DNA from: Eledone cirrhosa
Lineage: Eukaryota
Assembly (NCBI GenBank): GCA_964016885.1
Contig: OZ024744.1
Span: 121,830,001 to 121,894,000 of the forward strand
DNA length: 64,000 nucleotides
Direction of reading: 5' to 3'
Under the pieces are notes generated by a model. That model saw only the letters and a program-made list of their open reading frames with translations. It did no database searches and was not told where the DNA came from. Position numbers and translations under genes: made by a program. Positions within the stretch are counted from its first letter, which is position 1. Each line of letters opens with the position of its first letter. Shown here one piece after another: positions 1 through 15,300 of this stretch.

Positions 1-3000
1 TCTCTCTTCACAACATCCATCACTACCTCTATTCCTCTCACCCAGTCACTTTCATACTTCCTCAACACATGAACCAACCATCTCACACTATCTCTCTTCA
101 CAACATTTCATCACTACCTCTATTCCTCTCACCCAGTCACATTCATGCTTCCTCAACACATGACCCAACCATCTCACACTATCTCTCTTCACAACATTCA
201 TCAATACATCTATTCCCCTCACGCAGTCACTTTTATACTTCTTCAACACATGACCCAACCATCTCACACTATCTCTCTTCACAACATCCATCACTACATC
301 TATTCCTCTCACCCAGTCACTTTTATCCTTCCTCAACACATGACCCAACCATCTCACACTATCTGTCTTCACAAAATCCATCACTACCTCTATTCTTCTC
401 ACCCAGTCACTTTTATCCTTCTTCAACACATGACCCAACCATCTCACACTATCTCTCATCACAACAACCATCACTACCTCTATTCCTCTCACCCAGTTAC
501 TTTTATCCTTCCTCAACACATGACCCAACCATCTCACACTATCTCTCTTCACAACATCCATCACTACCTCTATTCCTCTCACCCAGTCACTTTCATACTT
601 CCTCAACACATGACCCAACCATCTCACACTATCTCTCTTCACAACATCCATCATTACCTCTATTCCTCTCACCCAGTCACTTTCATACTTCCTCAACACA
701 TGACCCAACCATCTCACACTATCTCTCTTCACAACATCCATCACTACCTCTATTCCTCTCACCCCGTCACTTTCATACTTCCTCAACACATGACCTAACC
801 ATCTCACACTATCTCTCTTCACAACATCCATCACTACCTCTGTTCCTCTCACCCAGTCACTTTTATCCTTCCTCAACACATGACCCAACCATCTCATACT
901 ATCTCTCTTCACAACATCCATCACTACCTCTGTTCCTCTCACCCAGTCACTTTTATCCATCCTCAACACATGACCCAACCATCTCACACTATCTCTCTTC
1001 ACAACATTTCATCACTACCTCTATTCCTCTCACCCAGTCACTTTCATACTTCCTCAACACATGACCCAAACATCTCACACTATCTCTCTTCACAACATCC
1101 ATCACTATCTCTATTCCTCTCAACCAGTCACTTTTATCCTTCCTCAACACATGACCTAACCATCTCATACTATCTCTCTTCACAACATCCATCACTACCT
1201 CTATTCCTCTCACCCAGTCACTATTATACTTCCTCAACACATGACCTAACCATCTCACACTATCTCTCTTCACAACATCCATTATTACCTCTGTTCTTCT
1301 CACCCAGTCACTTTCATACTTCCTCAACACATGACCCAACCATCTCACACTATCTCTCTTCACAACATCCATCACTACCTCAATTTCTCTCACCCAGTCA
1401 CTTTTATCCTTCCTCAACAGATGACCCAACCATCTCACACTATCTCTCTTCACAACATCCATCACTACCTCTATTCTTCTCACCCAGTCACTTTTATCCT
1501 TCCTCAACACATGACCCAACCATCTCACACTATCTCTCATCACAACAACCATCACTACCTCTATTCCTCTCACCCAGTTACTTTTATCCTTCCTCAACAC
1601 ATGACCCAGCCATCTCACACTATCTCTCTTCACAACATCCATCATTACTTCTGTTCCTCTCATCCAGTCACTTTCATACTTCCTCAACACATGACCCAAC
1701 CATCTCACACTATCTCTCTTCACAACATCCATCACTACCTCTATTCCTCTCACCCAGTCACTTTTATACTTCCTCAACACATGACCCAACCATCTCACAC
1801 TATCTCTCTTCACAACATCCATCACTACCTCTGTTCCTCTCACCCAGTCACTTTTATCCTTCCTCAACACATGACCCAACCATCTAACACTATCTCTCTT
1901 CACAACATTTCATCACTACCTTCATTCCTCTCAGCCAGTCACTTTTATCCTTCCTCAACACATGACCCAACCATCTCACACTATCTCTCTTCACAACATC
2001 CATCACTACCTCTATTCCTCTCACCCAGTCACTTTCATACTTCCTCAACACATGAGCCAACCATCTCACACTATCTCTCTTCACAACATCCATCACTACC
2101 TCTATTCCTCTCACCCAGTCACTTTTATCCTTCCTCAACACATGACCCAACCATCTCACACTATCTCTCTTCACAACATCCATCACTACCTCTATTCCTC
2201 TCACCCAGTCACTTTCATACTTCCACAACACATGACCAACCATCTCACATTATCTCTCTTCACGACACCCATCACTACCTCTATTCCTCTCACCCAGTCA
2301 CTTTAATACTTCCTCAACACATGAACCAACCATCTCACACTATCTCTCTTCACAACATTTCATCACTACCTCTATTCCTCTCACCCAGTCACTTTCATGC
2401 TTCCTCAACACATGACCCAACCATCTCACACTATCTCTCTTCACAACATTTCATCACTACCTCTATTCTTCTCACCCAGTCACTTTCATACTTCCTCAAC
2501 ACATGACCCAACCATCTCACACTATCTCTCTTCACAACATCCATCACTACCTCTATTCCTCTCACCCAGTTACCTTTATCCTTCCTCAACACATGACCCA
2601 ACCATCTCACACTATCTCTCTTCACAACACCCATCATTACCTCTGTTCCTCTCACCCAGTCACTTTCATACTTCCCCAACACATGACCCAACCATCTCAC
2701 ACTATCTCTCTTCACAACATCCATCACTACTTCTATTCCTCCCACCCAGTCACATTCATACTGCCTCAACACATGACCCAACCATCTCACACTATCTCTC
2801 TTCACAACATCCATCATTACCTCTATTCCTCTCACCCAGTCACTTTTATCCTTCCTCAACACATGACCCAACCATCTCACACTATCTCTCTTCACAACAT
2901 CCATCACTACCTCTATTCCTCTCAGCCAGTCACATTTATCCTTCCTCAACACATGACCCAACCATCTCACACTATCTCTCTTCACAACATACATCACTGC

Positions 3001-6000
3001 CTCTATTCCTCTCACCCAGTCACTTTCATACTTCCTCAACACATGACCCAACCATCTCACACTATCTCTCTTCACAACATCCATCACTACCTCTGTTCCT
3101 CTCACCCAGTCACTTTTATCCTTCCTCAACACATGACCCAACCATTCTCACACTATCTATCTTCACAACATCCATCACTACATCTATTCCTCTCACCCAG
3201 TCACTTTTATACTTTTTCAACACATGACCCAACCATCTCACACTATCTCTCTTCACAACATCCATCACTACATCTATGCCTCTCACACTGTCACTTTCAT
3301 ACTTCCTCAACACATGACCCAACCATCTCACACTATCTCTCTTCACAACATACATCACTACCTCTATTCCTCTCACCCAGTCACTTTTATCCTTCCTCAA
3401 CACATGACCTAACCATCTCACACTATCTCTCTTCACAACATCCATCACTACCTCCATTCCTCTCAGCCAGTCACTTTTATCCTTCCTCAACACATGAACC
3501 AACCATCTCACACTATCTCTCATCACAACAACCATCACTACCTTTATTCCTCTCACCCAGTTACTTTTATCCTTCCTCAACACATGACCCAGCCACCTCA
3601 CACTATCTCTCTCCACAACATCCATCATTACTTCTGTTCCTCTCATCCAGTCACCTTCATACTTCCTCAACACATGACCCAACCATCTCACACTATCTCT
3701 CTTCACAACATCCATCACTACCTCTATTCCTCTCACCCAGTCACTTTCATACTTCCTCAAAACATGACCCAACCATCTCACACTATCTCTCTTCACAACA
3801 TCCATCACTACCTCTGTTCCTCTCACCCAGTCACTTTTATCCTTCCTCAACACATGACCCAACCATCTAACACTATCTCTCTTCACAACATTTCATCACT
3901 ACCTTCATTCCTCTCAGCCAGTCACTTTTATCCTTCCTCAACACATGACCCAACCATCTCACACTATCTCTCTTCACAACATCCATCACTACCTCTATTC
4001 CTCTCACCCAGTCACTTTCACACTTTCTCAACACATGAGCCAACCATCTCACACTATCTCTCTTCACAACATCCATCACTACCTCTATTCCTCTCACCCA
4101 GTCATTTTAATCCTTCCTCAACACATGACCCAACCATCTCACACTATCTCTCTTCACAACATCCATCACTACCTCTATTCCTCTCACCCAGTCACATTCA
4201 TACTTCCACAACACATGACCAACCATCTCACATTATCTCCCTTCACAACACCCATCACTACCTCTATTCCTCTCACCCAGTCACTTTTATCCTTCCTCAA
4301 CACATGACCCAACCATCTCACACTATCTCTCTTCACAACATCCATTATTACCTCTGTTCCTCTCACCCAGTCACTTTCATACTTCCTCAACACATGACCC
4401 AACCATCTCACACTAACTCTCTTCACACCATTTCATCACTACCTCTATTCCTCTCAACCAATCACTTTCATACTTCCTCAACACATGACCTAACCATCTC
4501 ACACTATCTCTCTTCACGACATCCATCACTACCTCTGTTCCTCTCACCCAGTCACTTTCATACTTCCTCAACACATGAACCAACCATCTCACACTATCTC
4601 TCTTCACAACATTTCATCACTACCTCTATTCCTCTCACCCAGTCACTTTCATACTTCCTCAACACATGACCCAACCATCTCACACTATCTCTCTTCACAA
4701 CATTTCATCACTACCTCTATTCCTCTCACCCAGTCACTTTCATACTTCCTCAACACATGACCCAACCATCTCACACTATCTCTCTTCACAACATCCATCA
4801 CTACCTCTATTCCTCTCACCCAGTTACCTTTATCCTTCCTCAACACATGACCCAACCATCTCACACTATCTCACTTCACAACATCCATCATTACCTCTGT
4901 TCCTCTCACCCAGTCACTTTCATACTTCCTCAACACATGACCCAACCATCTCACACTATCTCTCTTCACAACATCCATCACTACCTCTATTCCTCTCACC
5001 CAGTCACTTTTATCCTTCCTCAACACATGACCCAACCATCTCACACTATCTCTCTTCACAACATCCATCACTACCTCTATTCCTCTCACCCAGTCACTTT
5101 TATCCTTCCTCAACACATGACCCAACCATCTCACACTATCTCTCTTCACAACATACATCACTACCTCTATTCCTCTCACCCAGTCACTTTTATCCTTCCT
5201 CAACAAATGACCTAACCATCTCACACTATCTCTCTTCACAACATCCATCACTACCTCCATTCCTCTTAGCCAGTCACTTTTATCCTTCCTCAACACATGA
5301 ACCAACCATCTCACACTATCTCTCATCACAACAACCATCACTACCTCTATTCCTCTCACCCAGTTACTTTTATCCTTCCTCAACACATGACCCAGCCATC
5401 TCACACTATCTCTCTTCACAACATCCATCATTACCTCTGTTCCTCTCACCCAGTCACATTCATACTGCCTCAACACATGACCCAACCATCTCACACTATC
5501 TCTCTTCACGACATCCATCACTACCTCTGTTCCTCTCACCCAGTCACTTTCATACTTCCTCAACACATGAACCAACCATCTCACACTATCTCTCTTCACA
5601 ACATTTCATCACTACCTCTATTCCTCTCACCCAGTCACTTTCATACTTCCTCAACACATGACCCAACCATCTCACACTATCTCTCTTCACAACATTTCAT
5701 CACTACCTCTATTCCTCTCACCCAGTCACTTTCATACTTCCTCAACACATGACCCAACCATCTCACAATATCTCTCTTCACAACATCCATCACTACCTCT
5801 ATTCCTCTCACCCAGTTACCTTTATCCTTCCTCAACACATGACCCAACCATCTCACACTATCTCTCATCACAACAACCATCACTACCTCTATTCCTCTCA
5901 CCCAGTCACATTCTAACTTCCTCAACACATGACCCAACCATCTCACACTATCTCTCTTCACAACATCCATCACTGCCTCTATTCCTCTCACCCAGTCACA

Positions 6001-8460
6001 TTCTAACTTCCTCAACACATGACCCAACCATCTCACACTATCTCTCTTCACAACATCCATCACTACCTCTATTCCTCTCACACAGTCACATTCATACTGC
6101 CTCAACACATGACCCAACTATCTCACACTATCTCTCTTCACAACATCCATCACTACTTCTATTCCTCTCACCCAGTCACTTTCATACTTCCTCAACACAT
6201 GAGCCAACCATCTAACACTATCTCTCTTCACAACATCCATCACTACCTCTATTCCTCTCACCCAGTCACTTTTATCCTTCCTCAACACATGACCCAACCA
6301 TCTCACACTATCTCTCTTCATAACATCCATCACTACCTCTATTGCTCTTACCCAGTCACTTTCATACTTCCTGAACACATGACCCAACCATCTCACACTA
6401 TCTCTCTTCACAACATCCATCACTACCTCTATTCCTCTCACCCAGTCACTTTTATCCTTCCTCAACACATGACCCAACCATCTCACACTATCTCTCTTCA
6501 CAACATCCATCACTACCTCTATTCCTCTCAGCCAGTCACATTTATCCTTCGTCAACACATGACCCAACCATCTCACACTATCTCTCTTCACAACATACAT
6601 CACTACCTCTATTCCTGTCACCCAGTCACTTTCATACTTCCTCAACACATGACCCAACCATCTCACACTATCTCTCTTCACAACATCCATCACTACCTCT
6701 GTTCCTCTCACCCAGTCACTTTTATCCTTCCTCAACACATGACCCAACCATTCTCACACTATCTATCTTCACAACAGCCATCACTACATCTATTCCTCTC
6801 ACCCAGTCACTTTTATACTTTTTCAACACATGACCCAACCATCTCACACTATCTCTCTTCACAACATCCATCACTACATCTATTCCTCTCACACTGTCAC
6901 TTTCATACTTCCTCAACACATGACCCAACCATCTCACACTATCTCTCTTCACAACATCCATCACTACCTCCATTCCTCTCAGCCAGTCACTTTTATCCTT
7001 CCTCAACACATGAACCAACCATCTCACACTATCTCTCATCACAACAACCATCACTACCTCTATTCCTCTCACACTGTCACTTTCATACTTCCTCAACACA
7101 TGACCCAACCATCTCACACTATCTCTCATCACAACAACCATCACTACCTCTATTCCTCTCACACTGTCACTTTCATACTTCCTCAACACATGACCCAACC
7201 ATCTCACACTATCTCTCTTCACAACATACATCACTACCTCTATTCCTCTCACCCAGTCACTTTTATCCTTCCTCAACACATGACCTAACCATCTCACACT
7301 ATCTCTCTTCACAACATCCATCACTACCTCCATTCCTCTCAGACAGTCACTTTTATCCTTCCTCAACACATGAACCAACCATCTCACACTATCTCTCATC
7401 ACAACAACCATCACTACCTCTATTCCTCTCATCCAGTCACTTTCATACTTCCTCAACACATGACCCAACCATCTCACACTATCTCTCTTCACAACATCCA
7501 TCACTACCTCTATTCCTCTCACCCAGTCACTTTCATACTTCCTCAACACATGACCCAACCATCTCACACTATCTCTCTTCACAACATCCATCACTACCTC
7601 TGTTCCTCTCACCCAGTCACTTTTATCCTTCCTCAACACATGACCCAACCATCTAACACTATCTCTCTTCACAACATTTCATCACTACCTTCATTCCTCT
7701 CAGCCAGTCACTTTTATCCTTCCTCAACACATGACCCAACCATCTCACACTATCTCTCTTCACAACATCCATCACTACCTCTATTCCTCTCACCCAGTCA
7801 CTTTCATACTTCCTCAACACATGAGCCAACCATCTCACACTATCTCTCTTCACAACATCCATCACTACCTCTATTCCTCTCACCCAGTCACTTTTATCCT
7901 TCCTCAACACATGACCCAACCATCTCACACTATCTCTCTTCACAACATCCATCACTACCTCTATTCCTCTCACCCAGTCAATTTCATACTTCCACAACAC
8001 ATGACCAACCATCTCACATTATCTCTCTTCACAACACCCATCACTACCTCTATTCCTCTCACCCAGTCACTTTTATCCTTCCTCAACACATGACCCAGCC
8101 ATCTCACACTATCTCTCTTCACAACATCCATCATTACCTCTGGTCCTCTCACCCAGTCACTTTCATACTTCCTCAACACATGACCCAACCATCTCACACT
8201 ATCTCTCTTCACAACATCCATCACTACATCTATTCCTCTCACACTGTCACTTTCATACTTCCTCAACACATGACCCAACCATCTCACACTATCTCTCTTC
8301 ACAACATACACCACTACCTCTATTCCTCTCACCCAGTCACTTTTATCCTTCCTCAACACATGAACCAACCATCTCACACTATCTCTCTTCACAACATCCA
8401 TCACTGCCTCTATTCCTCTCACCCAGTCACATTCTAACTTCCTCAACACATGACCCAACC

Positions 8461-10860
8461 CTCTAACACTATCTCTCTTCACAACATCCATCACTACCTC
8501 TATTCCTCTCACCCAGTCACTTTTATCCTTCCTCAACACATGACCCAACCATGTCACACTATCTCTCTTCACAACATCCATCACTACCTCTATTGCTCTT
8601 ACCCAGTCACTTTCATACTTCCTGAACACATGACCCAACCATCTCACACTATCTCTCTTCACAACATCCATCACTACCTCTATTCCTCTCACCCAGTCAC
8701 TTTTATCCTTCCTCAACACATGACCCAACCATCTCACACTATCTCTCTTCACAACATCCATCACTACCTCTATTCCTCTCAGCCAGTCACATTTATCCTT
8801 CCTCAACACATGACCCAACCATCTCACACTATCTCTCTTCACAACATACATCACTACCTCTATTCCTCTCACCCAGTCACTTTCATACTTCCTCAACACA
8901 TGACCCAACCCTCTAACACTATCTCTCTTCACAACATCCATCACTACCTCTATTCCTCTCACACGGTCACATTCATACTGCCTCAACACATGACCCAACC
9001 ATCTCACACTATCTCTCTTCACAACATCCATCACTATTTCTATTCCTCTCACCTAGTCACTTTTTTCCTTCCTCAACACATGACCCATCCATCTCACACT
9101 ATCTCTTTTCACAACAACCATCACTACCTCTATTCCTCTAACCCAGTTACTTTTATCCTTCCTCAACACATGACCCAACAATCTCACACTATCTCTCTTC
9201 ACAACATCCATTATTACCTCTGTTCCTCTCACCCAGTCACTTTCATACTTCCTCAACACATGACCCAACCATCTCACACTATCTCTCTTCACAACATCCA
9301 TCACTACCTCAATTTCTCTCACCCAGTCACTTTTATCCTTCCTCAACACATGACCCAACCATCTCACACTATCTCTCTTCACAACATCCATCACTACCTC
9401 TATTCCTCTCACCCAGTCACTTTTATCCTTCCTCAACACATGACCCAACCATGTCACACTATCTCTCTTCACAACATCCATCACTACCTCTATTGCTCTT
9501 ACCCAGTCACTTTCATACTTCCTGAACACATGACCCAACCATCTCACACTATCTCTCTTCACAACATCCATCACTACCTCTATTCCTCTCACCCAGTCAC
9601 TTTTATCCTTCCTCAACACATGACCCAACCATCTCACACTATCTCTCTTCACAACATCCATCACTACCTCTATTCCTCTCAGCCAGTCACATTTATCCTT
9701 CCTCAACACATGACCCAACCATCTCACACTATCTCTCTTCACAACATACATCACTACCTCTATTCCTCTCACCCAGTCACTTTCATACTTCCTCAACACA
9801 TGACCCAACCCTCTAACACTATCTCTCTTCACAACATCCATCACTACCTCTATTCCTCTCACACAGTCACATTCATACTGCCTCAACACATGACCCAACC
9901 ATCTCACACTATCTCTCTTCACAACATCAATCACTATTTCTATTCCTCTCACCTAGTCACTTTTATCCTTCCTCAACACATGACCCAACCATCTCACACT
10001 ATCTCTTTTCACAACAACCATCACTACCTCTATTCCTCTAACCCAGTTACTTTTATCCTTCCTCAACACATGACCCAACAATCTCACACTATCTCTCTTC
10101 ACAACATCCATTATTACCTCTGTTCCTCTCACCCAGTCACTTTCATACTTCCTCAACACATGACCCAACCATCTCACACTATCTCTCTTCACAACATCCA
10201 TCACTACCTCAATTTCTCTCACCCAGTCACTTTTATCCTTCCTCAACACATGACCCAACCATCTCACACTATCTCTCTTCACAACATCCATCACTACCTC
10301 TATTCCTCTCACCCAGTCACTTTCACACTTCCTCAACACATGAGCCAACCATCTAACACTATCTCTCTTCACAACATCCATCACTACCTCTATTCCTCTC
10401 ACCCAGTCACTTTTATCCTTCCTCAACACATGACCCAACCATGTCACACTATCTCTCTTCACAACATCCATCACTACCTCTATTGCTCTTACCCAGTCAC
10501 TTTCATACTTCCTGAACACATGACCCAACCATCTCACACTATCTCTCTTCACAACATCCATCACTACCTCTATTCCTCTCACCCAGTCACTTTTATCCTT
10601 CCTCAACACATGACCCAACCATCTCACACTATCTCTCTTCACAACATCCATCACTACCTCTATTCCTCTCAGCCAGTCACATTTATCCTTCCTCAACACA
10701 TGACCCAACCATCTCACACTATCTCTCTTCACAACATACATCACTACCTCTATTCCTCTCACCCAGTCACTTTCACACTTCCTCAACACATGACCCAACC
10801 ATCTCACACTATCTCTCTTCACAACATCCATCACTACCTCTGTTCCTCTCACCCAGTCAC
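8461..10860. repeat. Higher-order repeat of 10-11 monomers (900/990 bp)
   Basis: Rare variant ATGTCACACT at 8551, 9451 and 10441. ACCTAGTCAC at 9051 and 9951. The intervening variant order is the same in each unit. Confidence 0.9.
8687..8776 (-). mobile_element. Representative monomer: putative 30-codon relic of RTE-clade non-LTR retrotransposon ORF (region C-terminal to the RT domain); applies to every monomer
   Basis: Minus-strand translation of 8776->8687 is GIEVVMDVVKRDSVRWLGHVLRKDKSDWVR. It is collinear with the RTE/BovB-like pattern 'LGI..I...V.R.RLRW(F/L)GHV.R....WV', recognised from family knowledge without a search. No RT core (YADD), endonuclease or downstream RGRP motif is present. 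Confidence 0.75.
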
Positions 10861-12341
10861 TTTTATCCTTCCTCAACACATGACCCAACCATTCTCACAC
10901 TATCTATCTTCACAACATCCATCACTACATCTAATCCTCTCACCCAGTCACTTTTATACTTTTTCAACACATGACCCAACCATCTCACACTATCTCTCTT
11001 CACAACATCCATCACTACATCTATTCCTCTCACACTGTCACTTTCATACTTCCTCAACACATGACCCAACCATCTCACACTATCTCTCTTCACAACATAC
11101 ATCACTACCTCTATTCCTCTCACCCAGTCAATTTTATCCTTCCTCAACACATGACCTAACCATCTCACACTATCTCTCTTCACAACATCCATCACTACCT
11201 CCATTCCTCTCAGCCAGTCACTTTTATCCTTCCTCAACACATGAACCAACCATCTCACACTATCTCTCATCACAACAACCATCACTACCTCTATTCCTCT
11301 CACCCAGTTACTTTTATCCTTCCTCAACACATGACCCAGCCATCTCACACTATCTCTCTTCACAACATCCATCATTACTTCTGTTCCTCTCATCCAGTCA
11401 CTTTCATACTTCCTCAACACATGACCCAACCATCTCACACTATCTCTATTCACAACATCCATCACTACCTCTATTCCTCTCACCCAGTCACTTTCATACT
11501 TCCTCAACACATGACCCAACCATCTCACACTATCTCTCTTCACAACATCCATCACTACCTCTGTTCCTCTCACCCAGTCACTTTTATCCTTCCTCAACAC
11601 ATGACCCAACCATCTAACACTATCTCTCTTCACAACATTTCATCACTACCTTCATTCCTCTCAGCCAGTCACTTTTATCCTTCCTCAACACATGACCCAA
11701 CCATCTCACACTATCTCTCTTCACAACATCCATCACTACCTCTATTCCTCTCACCCAGTCACTTTCATACTTTCTCAACACATGAGCCAACCATCTCACA
11801 CTATCTCTCTTCACAACATCCATCACTACCTCTATTCCTCTCACCCAGTCACTTTTATCCTTCCTCAACATATGACCCAACCATCTCACACTATCTCTCT
11901 TCACAACATCCATCACTACCTCTATTGCTCTTACCCAGTCACTTTCATACTTCCTGAACACATGACCCAACCATCTCACACTATCTCTCTTCACAACATC
12001 CATCACTACCTCTATTCCTCTCACCCAGTCACTTTTATCCTTCCTCAACACATGACCCAACCATCTCACACTATCTCTCTTCACAACATCCATCACTACC
12101 TCTATTCCTCTCAGCCAGTCACATTTATCCTTCCTCAACACATGACCCAACCATCTCACACTATCTCTCTTCACGACATCCATCACTACCTCTGTTACTC
12201 TCACCCAGTCACTTTCATACTTCCTCAACACATGAACCAACCATCTCACACTATCTCTCTTCACAACATTTCATCACTACCTCTATTCCTCTCACCCAGT
12301 CACTTTCATACTTCCTCAACACATGACCCAACCATCTCACA

Positions 12342-15300
12342 CTATCTCTCTTCACAACATTTCATCACTACCTCTATTCCTCTCACCCAGTCACTTTCAT
12401 ACTTCCTCAACACATGACCCAACCATCTCACACTATCTCTCTTCACAACATCCATCTCTACCTCTATTCCTCTCACCCAGTTACCTTTATCCTTCCTCAA
12501 CACATGACCCAACCATCTCACACTATCTCTCTTCACAACATCCATCATTACCTCTGTTCCTCTCACCCAGTCACTTTCATACTTCCTCAACACATGACCC
12601 AACCATCTCACACTATCTCTCTTCACAAGATCCATCACTACTTCTATTCCTCTCACCCAGTCACTTTTATCCTTCCTCAACACATGACCCAACCATCTCA
12701 CACTATCTCTCTTCACAACATCCATCACTACCTCTATTCCTCTCAGCCAGTCACATTTATCCTTCCTCAACACATGACCCAACCATCTCACACTATCTCT
12801 CTTCACAACATCCATCACTACCTCTATTCCTCTCAGCCAGTCACTTTTATCCTTCCTCAACACATGAACCAACCATCTCACACTATCTCTCTTCACAACA
12901 TCCATCACTGCCTCTATTCCTCTCACCCAGTCACATTCTAACTTCTTCAACACATGACCCAACCATCTCACACTATCTCTCTTCACAACATCCATCACTA
13001 CCTCTATTCCTCTCACACAGTCACATTCATACTGCCTCAACACATGACCCAACCATCTCACACTATCTCTCTTCACAACATCCATCACTACTTCTATTCC
13101 TCTCACCCAGTCACTTTTATCCTTCCTCAACACATGACCCAACCATCTCACACTATCTCTCTTTACAACAACCATCACTACCTCTATTCCTCTAACCCAG
13201 TTACTTTTATCCTTCCTCAACACATGACCCAACAATCTCACACTATCTCTCTTCACAACATCCATTATTACCTCTGTTCCTCTCACCCAGTCACTTTCAT
13301 ATTTCCTCAACACATGACCCAACCATCTCACACTATCTCTCTTCACAACATCCATCACTACCTCAATTTCTCTCACCCAGTCACTTTTATCCTTCCTCAA
13401 CACATGACCCAACCATCTCACACTATCTCTCTTCACAACATCCATCACTACCTCTATTCCTCTCACCCAGTCACTTTCATACTTCCTCAACACATGAGCC
13501 AACCATCTAACACTATCTCTCTTCACAACATCCAACACTACCTCTATTCCTCTCACCCAGTCACTTTTATCCCTCCTCAACACATGACCCAACCATCTCA
13601 CACTATCTCTCTTCACAACATCCATCACTACCTCTATTGCTCTTACCCAGTCACTTTCATACTTCCTGAACACATGACCCAACCATCTCACACTATCTCT
13701 CTTCACAACATCCATCACTACCTCTATTCCTCTCACCCAGTCACTTTTAACCTTCCTCAAAACATGACCCAACCATCTCACACTATCTCTCTTCACAACA
13801 TCCATCACTACCTCTATTCCTATCACACAGTCACTTTTATACTTCCTCAACACAGGACCCAACCATCTCACACTATCCCTCTTCACAACATCCATCACTA
13901 CCTCTGTTCCTCTCACCCAGTCACATTCATACATCCTCAACACATGACCCACACATCTCAAACTATCTCTCTTCACAACATCCATCACTACCTCAATTTC
14001 TCTCACCCAGTCACTTTTATCCTTCCTCAACACATGACCCAACCATCTCACACTATCTCTCTTCACAACAACCATCACTACCTCTATTCCTCTAACCCAG
14101 TTACTTTTATCCTTCCTCAACACATGACCCAACAATCTCACACTATCTCTCTTCACAACATCCATTATTACCTCTGTTCCTCTCACCCAGTCACTTTCAT
14201 ACTTCCTGAACACATGACCCAACCATCTCACACTATCTCTCTTCACAACATCCATCACTACCTCAATTTCTCTCACCCAGTCACTTTTATCCTTCCTCAA
14301 CACATGACCTAACCATCTCACACTATCTCTCTTCACAACATCCATCACTACCTCCATTCCTCTCAGCCAGTCACTTTTATCCTTCCTCAACACATGAACC
14401 AACCATCTCACACTATCTCTCTTCACAACATCCATCACTGCCTCTATTCCTCTCACCCAGTCACTTTCTAACTTCTTCAACACATGACCCAACCATCTCA
14501 CACTATCTCTCTTCACAACATCCATCACTACCTCTATTCCTCTCACACAGTAACATTCATACTGCCTCAACACATGACCCAACCATCTCACACTATCTCT
14601 CTTCACAACATCCATCACTACTTCTATTCCTCTCACCCAGACACTTTTATCCTTCCTCAACACATGACCCAACCATCTCACACTATCTCTCTTCACAACA
14701 ACCATCACTACCTCTATTCCTCTAACCCAGTTACTTTTATCCTTCCTCAACACATGACCCAACAATCTCACACTATCTCTCTTCACAACATCCATTATTA
14801 CCTCTGTTCCTCTCACCCAGTCACTTTCATACTTCCTGAACACATGACCCAACCATCTCACACTATCTCTCTTCACAACATCCATCACTACCTCAATTTC
14901 TCTCACCCAGTCACTTTTATCCTTCCTCAACACATGACCCAACCATCTCACACTATCTCTCTTCACAACATCCATCACTACCTCTATTCCTCTCACCCAG
15001 TCACTTTCATACTTCCTCAACACATGAGCCAACCATCTAACACTATCTCTCTTCACAACATCCATCACTACCTCTATTCCTCTCACCCAGTCACTTTTAT
15101 CCCTCCTCAACACATGACCCAACCATCTCACACTATCTCTCTTCACAACATCCATCACTACCTCTATTGCTCTTACCCAGTCACTTTCATACTTCCTGAA
15201 CACATGACCCAACCATCTCACACTATCTCTCTTCACAACATCCATCACTACCTCTATTCCTCTCACCCAGTCACTTTTAACCTTCCTCAAAACATGACCC

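Noticed and set aside
521-700. G-quadruplex or i-motif array
   Set aside because: There are only two GGG/CCC runs per 90 bp, separated by loops of about 27 and 57 nt. This is not a canonical G4 pattern.
791-800. Telomere-like CCTAACC (TTAGG) motif
   Set aside because: It is a single-base variant of CCCAACC in a minority of monomers and is never tandem.
8450-11617. His/Ser-rich + strand ORFs (MTQPSHTISLHNIHHYL... and HDPTISHYLSSQHPSL...) as metal-binding repeat proteins
   Set aside because: They stay open because the period is divisible by 3 and the + strand has almost no G. ORFs switch between frames at indels and are cut by recurrent TAA variants. There are no unique termini or signal peptides.
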